From NCBI GenBank assembly GCA_949284445.1, contig CASDVP010000003.1, positions 139,051 through 203,050 on the forward strand: a DNA stretch of 64,000 nucleotides, given 5' to 3'. Below, in pieces: positions 56,749-64,000 of this stretch. Positions within the stretch are counted from its first letter, which is position 1. The number at the start of each line of letters is the position of its first letter. Below the pieces are notes generated by a model, which ran no database searches, was not told the DNA's origin, and saw only the letters and a list, made by a program, of their open reading frames with translations. Position numbers and translations under genes: made by a program. This DNA is from an uncultured Bacillota bacterium. Lineage in GTDB: Bacteria; Bacillota_I; Bacilli_A; RFN20; CAG-288.

Positions 56749-56821
56749 AACCAAAAATAATCAAAATTAAATAACCAAAAAGCTTTTTAGCTGCTATCAT
56801 ATAGACAAGAGGTTAAAAACC

Positions 56822-57637
56822 ATGAAAACTGTCAAATTATATAATGGAGTAGAGATTCCTTTGATCGGATTAGGAACTTATCAATTAAAGATGGGGCTAC
56901 AAACATATAAAACCGTGTTATCTTCCTTAGAAATGGGATATCGTCATATCGATACTGCTAGAATATATCTCAATGAAAGATCAGTAGGAAAAGCGATCAA
57001 AAATTCAGGTCTTCCTCGTGAACAAATATTCGTCACCACTAAAATGTGGAATAACTCTATTCTGAATAGAAAAGGTGAACAAGCTTTTAAAAACTCATTA
57101 AAAAGATTAAGACTTGAATACGTTGATCTTTATCTTTTGCATTGGCCGATAGAAGGCTATTTAGATGCATATAAAGTATTAGAAAAATTATACGAAGAAA
57201 AGAAAATACGTTCTTTTGGTGTCAGCAATTTCTTGATCAGACATTTGGAGAACTTAAAAACTCATGATCTACAAAAGCCAATGGTCAATCAGATCGAGGT
57301 CAATCCTTACTATCAAAATGATGAATTAGTTGATTACTGTCAAAAGAATGATATAGTTGTCGAAGCCTATTCACCTTTAGGTGGAAGTAAATATAGTTGC
57401 TTAAACGATGAAACATTGCTTCGCATCGCCAAAAAATATCAGGTTTCTACATCTCAAGTCGTTTTAAAATGGTTGACACAAAGAAATATTGTCGTTTTGC
57501 CGCGCTCTAAAAGTATCGAGCATTTAAAGAACAACTTAGATCTAGATAATTTTGTTTTATCTGATAAAGATATCAGTGATATAAAAGCTTTAAATAAGAA
57601 TTTCAAAACCGGTGATAATCCGGAAGTATACAAGTAG
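56822..57637 (+). CDS. Aldo/keto reductase (2,5-diketo-D-gluconate reductase-like)
   Basis: AKR motifs GYRHIDTARIY, LHWP, and a conserved C-terminal region. 271 aa. Confidence 0.8.
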   Translation: MKTVKLYNGVEIPLIGLGTYQLKMGLQTYKTVLSSLEMGYRHIDTARIYLNERSVGKAIKNSGLPREQIFVTTKMWNNSILNRKGEQAFKNSLKRLRLEYVDLYLLHWPIEGYLDAYKVLEKLYEEKKIRSFGVSNFLIRHLENLKTHDLQKPMVNQIEVNPYYQNDELVDYCQKNDIVVEAYSPLGGSKYSCLNDETLLRIAKKYQVSTSQVVLKWLTQRNIVVLPRSKSIEHLKNNLDLDNFVLSDKDISDIKALNKNFKTGDNPEVYK

Positions 57638-57816
57638 AATTGGTTAAAATCCCATCACTAAAATTGTAAAGACAGAATAATCAAAATCAACTCCCAAATC
57701 AGCAGCGCTAGCGGCTCCAATTTCAACTAGTAATGTCTTTTCAGAAGTTTCTTTTGTATAGATTAAAGAGCCTTCAAAATTATGTTCACCATCAGGAACC
57801 TCAGCATATCCAGCTT

Positions 57817-59276
57817 CTAGTAACTGCTGCCCATAAGCACTTGTTGTATCACTATTAGCTTCAGGAGTGGAAGAAAGATAAAAACAAGCATAGATAAACC
57901 TTCTTCTTCGCTAAAATCCATCCAAGCTTCTGGCATATTAAAACCAGTCGGCACAGGGAAGGAAGAAATTTCAGATCCTAAAACAGAAGACAAATTAGCA
58001 TAACTAGCTTCATCTAATAGGCTTTCCCAAGTATCAGCACTAGATTCTTTGATATCGTCTAAAGTATATCCGACATCAGCAGTACCAATAGAAGTATATT
58101 CGATAACTGTTTTAGCAGTACCACTAGTATTAGTAACTGAAATCTTATCTTGAGCTATTTCAATTGTTAATTCATCAATATTTTCTACTAATGAACTAAA
58201 ACGTGTAAATTTACTTATATCATCGCTGATGTCAGCTTTTACTGTATATCGATCTCCCACCTTATCAAAACAAGCTCTACTAACGTTGAAACTTGGGAAA
58301 ATAGCATTATATTCATTAGCAGTGATCTCTCTTGTTAATAAGAAAGTTCCATCTTCTTGCTTATCAGCTTCAAAATACTTATCACCATTTTTATAAGCAG
58401 CTATTTTATAATCTTCACCATCAAATGAATTCTCACGATATGTTAAATCTCCATCACTGATAAAGGTAGAAGTAGAGACCAGTTGATCGTTTTGATAATC
58501 CTTTTGAGTCAAAACATAATTTTGTTTCTTTAATTTTTCAAAGGCATTTTCAAAAGTTGAATCTTCAACTGCTTCATATGGTTGGGCTCTTTCTTCCACT
58601 TCGACATCATCACCATAAGCAAGAATCTTACCGGCAAAATGATAATTATAAGTTTTTGTGCTAGTCTTATATGGCTCAGTCACAGCTTCATAAGCTAAAC
58701 CATCTGACGTTGTTATTTTAAAACTAGCTAAGTCAAAGCCGGGATTACCATATAATTGTGTGACTAAATAAGGTGATATTTTTGTAATGGCATCTTCTTT
58801 TAAAACATATTCATTATTTTCCAACTCAAAATCAGATAGTTTTAAAAGTGAAAAGAAGTTCATATAGTTGTCTGAAAACTGAGAATATTCTTGTAAGACC
58901 GGATTATAAACAAGTGTATAGGTGGCTGTGTTGTTCAAGTTTCTACGCTCAGCAACTAACCTTCCGTCTTCATCTGAACTATAAGTTTCAAATAGTTGTA
59001 AGCTATTCTTATCTGGATTTGTTGACTTGCTAGCATAAACTTTCACTGTAAATTTGTCATTCTTATAAAAAGAATCAGAATAGAACTGCGTGCTCACACC
59101 ATCGATATCTTCAGTGACTAAATTTTCTAAGCTATAAGCCTTTCCTAATCCAGTCAAGACAGCTTCTGAAAATTCAACAGGCGGTTCTGGTTTTACAGAT
59201 GTACTGCTTTCCCCACCTACTTGTTCACAAGCTGATAAAATAGAGACGCTAAAGGTAGTAGAAGTATCTTTTTCAT
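57817..59276 (-). pseudogene. Surface lipoprotein gene with a -1 frameshift inside its signal-peptide coding region (T-run)
   Basis: GAGGTG RBS, ATG 59276 and MKKILLLPLASLFYQLVNK then a stop. The long ORF (57817..) is in the other frame and starts with ...SILSACEQVGGESS. Adding one T to the tttt run restores MKKILLLPLASLFLSACEQ..., a canonical lipoprotein signal. Confidence 0.5.
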
Positions 59277-59495
59277 AACATTCACCTCAATAAATAATAG
59301 TTTTGTTTTATTATCCCTATAAAGGAATAATAATCAATAAATATTCTATCTTTATGCCTAAATTTAGATGATGTTAGCGCTTTCGCAATTTGCTTATTTG
59401 CTTTTCAATATTGGAAAAACATGTTTTTTAATACATTTATCTATTGGAAAAGCACATAAATTAAGATATATTTTTATTGGAAAAGCTTAATTATC

Positions 59496-60809
59496 ATGTT
59501 ACAAAGAAAAATAGAAAAAGCATTAAATTCATATTACAGCAATATTACAGCACCGATTCCTATCATCACTGGTGCCAGACAGATAGGCAAAACTTTTATA
59601 ATTCGACAAACAGCATGCAAATATTTTAAGCACTATGTTGAAATCAATTTAAAGGAAGATTATGAAAATCAACAGCTGTTTGCTAGCATAAAAACAACAC
59701 AGGATTTTTATCTACAAATATCTGCATTATATGGTCAAAATTTACATGATATAAATGATACGATCATTTTTTTAGATGAGATTCAAACTTATCCACATCT
59801 GATTTCTTTACTAAAGCCATTAAAACAAGAGAATAGATTCAGATACATTTCTAGTGGTTCTTTATTAGGTATCACCTTAAAGCATATTTTTATACCTATT
59901 GGAAGTATTCAAGAAATCCATATGTTTCCATTAGATTTTGAAGAATTTCTTTGGGCTAATGGCACTGGAAGAGATGTTATCGATTATTTAAAAGAGTGTT
60001 TTATTAGCAAAAAGCAAGTCAGCGATAGCATTCACAAAACAATGTTAAGACGTTTCAAAGAGTACTTGATATCTGGTGGCTTACCTGCTTCTGTTAATGA
60101 GATGATCAAACAAGATATCTATCAAGTGAGAACAATCCAATCTAATATCTTTTCCTTTTACAAAGATGATGCAAGCCAATATGATAGAGAACACAATTTA
60201 AAAATAAGAAGAATTTATGATTATCTGCCTTCTTATATTGAAAACAAAGTCAAAAGAATTAAGTTCAAAAATATAGAAGGAATCAAAAATAGCAACTTGA
60301 CTTATTACCAAGATGAGTTTGATTATTTGATCAGTTCTGGATGCGCTATAGGTGTCAAAGCATGTTCTAATCCAATATTTCCTTTAAATGAAAGCATGAG
60401 TAAAAATTTGATCAAGCTTTACTATAACGACGTCGGTATTTTAAGCAACATCCTCTATAAAAATAATATCAATGCAATTTTAAATGATGATAATGCAGTC
60501 AATATAGGCGCAGTGTATGAAACTGCTGCCGCTATGGAAATAAATAGCCATGGTCATGAATTATATTATTTTGATAGCAAAAAAGTAGGTGAAGTAGATT
60601 TCTTAATCAACGATTATGAAAATTTAAATATCACACCGATTGAAATAAAATCTGGTAAACACCAAAATATTTTCCGCGCTATACCAAAATTAGTGGACAA
60701 AACTGGACCATATAAATTGAGGAAAGGTTATATTTTCGTTAATCAAAATATCATGAAAGAAGAAAATGATTTGATCACTTTCCCTATCTATATGATTATG
60801 TTTATTTAA
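59496..60809 (+). CDS. AAA-superfamily ATPase with a DUF4143-type C-terminal domain
   Basis: Walker A ITGARQIGKTF near the N-terminus, Walker B-like IIFLDEIQ, about 437 aa. Typical architecture of the AAA_14/DUF4143 ATP-binding protein family. Confidence 0.6.
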   Translation: MLQRKIEKALNSYYSNITAPIPIITGARQIGKTFIIRQTACKYFKHYVEINLKEDYENQQLFASIKTTQDFYLQISALYGQNLHDINDTIIFLDEIQTYPHLISLLKPLKQENRFRYISSGSLLGITLKHIFIPIGSIQEIHMFPLDFEEFLWANGTGRDVIDYLKECFISKKQVSDSIHKTMLRRFKEYLISGGLPASVNEMIKQDIYQVRTIQSNIFSFYKDDASQYDREHNLKIRRIYDYLPSYIENKVKRIKFKNIEGIKNSNLTYYQDEFDYLISSGCAIGVKACSNPIFPLNESMSKNLIKLYYNDVGILSNILYKNNINAILNDDNAVNIGAVYETAAAMEINSHGHELYYFDSKKVGEVDFLINDYENLNITPIEIKSGKHQNIFRAIPKLVDKTGPYKLRKGYIFVNQNIMKEENDLITFPIYMIMFI

Positions 60810-60975
60810 AATATCCGATAGTCTTAATTTATTGCAAAAAACTTATTTCGATATACTATACTCACATAATTTTATGATCGTCTCAGCAACTCGATAATGG
60901 GAAGACTACCAATCACTGTCCTTTAAATTAGTATGATACTTAAATAAGAATTTTCCAGACTTATACACTATATAT

Positions 60976-62325
60976 TTAGTGCTTTGTTGGAAACAATATA
61001 GATAGTGTGAAAATATGTTCACTAAATGAGATGTCTATATCACCTTGATATTTGTCAACTATATATCTGATTGATTTAAGACCATACCCATGAAAGTCTT
61101 TGTTTCCTTTAGTGGTCTCAATCAATCCATCTTGTCCACGTTTAATCTCACCCTCATAATAGTTGCTGACCACTATCGAAACAAAAGAATTCACGTTTTT
61201 GATGATAAGATTGATATTTCTCTTCTCAGTATCTTGAATTTTACTGACCGCATCAATAGCATTATCGATGATATTAGTGAACATACAATATAAATCAGTT
61301 GTTGAAATATAATTCAAGTAGGTGCAATCTGCCATACAATTGAGCTTGATTTTACGCTTTTCACAAAATAGTGATTTTTCAGTCAAAATCAAATCCAAAG
61401 CTTCATTATTGGTCTTCACATTAGAATCATAGATTTTCACAATATCCTTTAATTCATCAGCAAGATTCTGATTTATTTTACCTTCGGCTGCATACTCATT
61501 GAGTATGTGTTTCAAATCATGACATTTGATGTTGATCAAATCGACATTTTCTTTGTTGGAACGGTATTGTTCTTCAGCTTTTTCCAATAATTTAGTAGTT
61601 GTTTCTAGTTCCACTTTTAATCTCTTGTTAGTAGCTAAGGCAATCAAAATAAAAAGAATCATCCCACAGCAAAGCAAATTATAAATGCATCCGACTATCG
61701 CATAGGTTTTGTTATATCCTTCTTGAATATAAATGACCACAGCATTAAGGACTATATCAACTAATAAAATAACACCAGAAAGAATCAATATCGGAGTGTT
61801 ATTGATCGTCAATTCAGTCTTGTTGATTTTTCTTCCAATCAGGAAATATACAGCAACATAAGCGATAAAGAAAGTCTCTATATAAACCAGTGAAATAAAT
61901 AAATGTGTGGTTTCTAGTTTTGTTAAATCAACGACATTACTACCATATAGTCCCAAAGTTGAATCAGTGACTAAACCAAATAAAGTACTCTCTAAAGAAA
62001 ATAATTCGTGAGAAATATGCTGAGTAGTATAAGAAGTCACAGCTATAAAAAATATGCTCTTTATAGGTAGATCATAAACAAGATACATCGAGATAGTGCA
62101 AAGCATAAAAATAAAGAAAAAGATTAATGAGGTCGCTATTGAATTATAAAAAATACTAGGTAGTGGAATGGCTATAGCAATACCGATGCAAACTGCAGAA
62201 GTCAGTAAAAGTCTGATCAGATAATGGTTCCGATGCTTTTGATGAAAGGCAAAAAGATGTAAAGCTATTAATATCCCTATACAAAAGAGAAATTTATATA
62301 TGAATAATTCAGTTAATTGATACAT
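60976..62325 (-). CDS. Sensor histidine kinase, AgrC/LytS-like (HPK10, GHKL ATPase) with a polytopic N-terminal sensor
   Basis: 6-7 TM helices, then a C-terminal HATPase block (FTNIIDNAIDA...GYGL). Immediately downstream of the LytTR regulator. Confidence 0.6.
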   Translation of the reverse strand: MYQLTELFIYKFLFCIGILIALHLFAFHQKHRNHYLIRLLLTSAVCIGIAIAIPLPSIFYNSIATSLIFFFIFMLCTISMYLVYDLPIKSIFFIAVTSYTTQHISHELFSLESTLFGLVTDSTLGLYGSNVVDLTKLETTHLFISLVYIETFFIAYVAVYFLIGRKINKTELTINNTPILILSGVILLVDIVLNAVVIYIQEGYNKTYAIVGCIYNLLCCGMILFILIALATNKRLKVELETTTKLLEKAEEQYRSNKENVDLINIKCHDLKHILNEYAAEGKINQNLADELKDIVKIYDSNVKTNNEALDLILTEKSLFCEKRKIKLNCMADCTYLNYISTTDLYCMFTNIIDNAIDAVSKIQDTEKRNINLIIKNVNSFVSIVVSNYYEGEIKRGQDGLIETTKGNKDFHGYGLKSIRYIVDKYQGDIDISFSEHIFTLSILFPTKH

Positions 62326-62326
62326 A

Positions 62327-63040
62327 TCAATTACCTCTACTATTAGTTAAATAATGATTTAGAGCATGGATGAATTCTTTATTTTTGGGATGTGATATCT
62401 GCAGATATGTCCCATCAACATTAACTGTATAATCTTTTATTTCTAAAACGAATTTTAAGTTGACTAAATAACATTGATTACAAAGTGCAAAAGGCATATC
62501 CTTTAACTGATCTTGGACTTTTTTCAAAGAGCCAGATGAAGTGAAGTCACCGTTGACAGTATGGTAGATTAAAGAATGATTCCTGACTTCGATATATTGG
62601 ATATCACTAGTTTTAAGACGTCTTATTGAAGATTTGTTTTTGATCACTATTTCATTATTAGCATTTTTATTCAGACAATCTATGACGCGTTCTAATTTTA
62701 AAGCTAGATTGTAATAAGATACTGGTTTGACAACAAAATCAAATGCGTTTACCTCATAGCCTTTTATCGCATATTGAGCTAAAGAAGTGATAAAAATCAC
62801 AAGCACATCCTTATCTATTTTTCTTAATTCATGCACAGCATCCATTCCGTTTTTGCCTGGTAAATTGATATCCATAAATATGAGTTCATATTGTTTGTCA
62901 TAACTAGTAAGAAAAGTCTCTGCTGAATTATATCTAGCTATACTTATTTGAATATTATGCCCATCAAAAAAACTATTGAGATTTTTCTCGAGCATCACAA
63001 GCGCTGTTTCATCATCTTCAACTATCGCTATTCTGATCAT
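62327..63040 (-). CDS. LytTR-family response regulator
   Basis: Receiver domain (IAIVEDDETALVML...DINLPGKNG with phospho-acceptor Asp) plus a C-terminal LytTR DNA-binding domain. Confidence 0.7.
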   Translation of the reverse strand: MIRIAIVEDDETALVMLEKNLNSFFDGHNIQISIARYNSAETFLTSYDKQYELIFMDINLPGKNGMDAVHELRKIDKDVLVIFITSLAQYAIKGYEVNAFDFVVKPVSYYNLALKLERVIDCLNKNANNEIVIKNKSSIRRLKTSDIQYIEVRNHSLIYHTVNGDFTSSGSLKKVQDQLKDMPFALCNQCYLVNLKFVLEIKDYTVNVDGTYLQISHPKNKEFIHALNHYLTNSRGN

Positions 63041-63127
63041 ATTTTACGTGAATGAGAGCAGAGAATTTTATCTGCCCCCATAATGTTTTACCAAAAAATA
63101 TCCTGATACACGAAGCAATAATTATTT

Positions 63128-64000
63128 TTACTCAATTGTGATCAATTCTATTGGAGATACCAATTCTAAATAGTCAAATTTACCGCAATTTATTCCGATC
63201 GTGATTTCGATTGTATTCTCGCCTGAAACTAAGTCTAAATTGCCAATAAAGTTCCTTTCAAAAGCGTCGTAATTACTATTAGATTTAATCTTTTTAACCA
63301 ATTCAGTCGCTTCAACACCATTAATTTTTAAAGTAGTGACAGGCGTATTGCCATCAGAATAAGCTGTATTGATATAAGCACTAACTTTCTGAGCCTCACT
63401 GACATTGATTTTAACAATCATCGAAAAACCATTGTAGTTAACAAAACCGATCGCATCACCATTTCTAGCACCAGCATACTCACTCAAGTCTTTTGTTCCA
63501 GCAGCTGGCTCATAATAATATGAGGTACCTTCAATTTCAGTGATCTCTTCTTCAGCTTCTTTAGCAAAAGTGACAGCAGCTGAACCTTTGACTGAAAGAT
63601 AGTCAAAATTAGTCATAGCATTATCAGCAAAATTGATCACAATACTATTTTCACCTTCATTAAGGCGAACATCCCTGATTTCAAAATCACAATAATTACC
63701 CCAACCGTAGTTAGCAGAACCAACAAATTCTTTTTGTCCATCAATCTTTAATATCACACCATTAACCACAATCTCTTTGATGTTTGAAGCAAAGGAAATT
63801 CTATCAGCGCCTACGATTGCTGTTTTGATATTTAAAGTGACAAATTGTGAAACAGAATTGACTTTATATTCGATAGCAGAACCGGTTGAAATTTGACCTA
63901 CGTGTTTCCCACCGCTAGCACCATCATCTTCAGTCACCGCCGTACAAGAAGTCAAAGCGGCCTCGTCACCTTCTAAGATGGATTCAGTGGATTCATCATA
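63128..64000 (-). CDS. Secreted/surface protein with tandem beta-sandwich (carbohydrate-binding-module-like) domains; 5' partial, continues past the window end
   Basis: The frame is open to nt 64000. Two homologous modules each end in ...NFDYLSVKG / ...KFDYLELVS. There is no signal peptide in the visible part. Confidence 0.35.
   Translation of the reverse strand, partial: YDESTESILEGDEAALTSCTAVTEDDGASGGKHVGQISTGSAIEYKVNSVSQFVTLNIKTAIVGADRISFASNIKEIVVNGVILKIDGQKEFVGSANYGWGNYCDFEIRDVRLNEGENSIVINFADNAMTNFDYLSVKGSAAVTFAKEAEEEITEIEGTSYYYEPAAGTKDLSEYAGARNGDAIGFVNYNGFSMIVKINVSEAQKVSAYINTAYSDGNTPVTTLKINGVEATELVKKIKSNSNYDAFERNFIGNLDLVSGENTIEITIGINCGKFDYLELVSPIELITIE

Noticed and set aside
1-64000. 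Possibility of TGA=Trp (Mollicutes code 4) given low GC and lipoprotein-rich content
   Set aside because: Long conserved genes (rnj, ppdK, rnr, rtcB, ecfA) are open under the standard code with no in-frame TGA. Gene ends coincide with TGA/TAA/TAG stops. The standard code fits.
1-64000. CRISPR arrays
   Set aside because: No regularly spaced repeat-spacer structure was seen. The only tandem repeat is 3x11 bp at 56716..56748 with no spacers.

Overview
This window looks like a low-GC Bacillota-type chromosome (Erysipelotrichia- or Acholeplasma-like) using the standard genetic code. Long conserved genes (RNase J, PPDK, RNase R) are uninterrupted by TGA, so the 6-frame track appears valid. The track also accepts TTG/GTG starts, and its coordinates include the stop codon.

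The core backbone is:
- two BatA-like VWA membrane proteins, then rmuC, an Ntn-hydrolase and comEB;
- an ecfA1-ecfA2-ecfT-truA operon, a pgsA-like gene and an Spx-like regulator;
- divergent CYTH/nadK genes, then maf, rnj, def and a ylbF-like-rsmD-coaD cluster;
- rqcH, ppdK, smpB-rnr-secG, one-piece tmRNA (ssrA), tRNA-Val(GAC) and tRNA-Thr(GGT).

Accessory material is interleaved with this backbone:
1. A roughly 3.5 kb decayed island at the 3' end of tRNA-Val. It carries an integrase C-terminal remnant, a GNAT gene, a DUF3578(MrcB_N)-DUF3883 single-chain restriction-like gene, and a once-continuous gene now broken by in-frame TAA and TAG stops.
2. A putative RNA damage/repair locus. A WYL-domain regulator (with a YjbR/MmcQ gene downstream) lies divergent to an operon of a vWA protein (Ro60-like architecture, DUF2828-type; strict MIDAS motif) plus RtcB RNA ligase. 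The control region holds two ACAGCAACATTA boxes, each inside an inverted repeat. A lipoprotein carrying Big_2 domains fused to a barnase-family RNase domain converges on rtcB, with no barstar-like ORF nearby.
3. A surface glycan cluster: sugar-phosphate transferase, GH88/105 lipoprotein and an Ig-like lipoprotein.
4. An AlbA_2/Schlafen-type regulator with a 3x11-bp tandem repeat in its promoter region, an AAA/DUF4143 ATPase, and a frameshifted lipoprotein gene.
5. A LytTR two-component pair.

Two unannotated small genes have full promoter/RBS/terminator support (47 aa and 37 aa).

Family names are from memory of sequence signatures, not from database searches. No CRISPR array, rRNA or transposase was seen.
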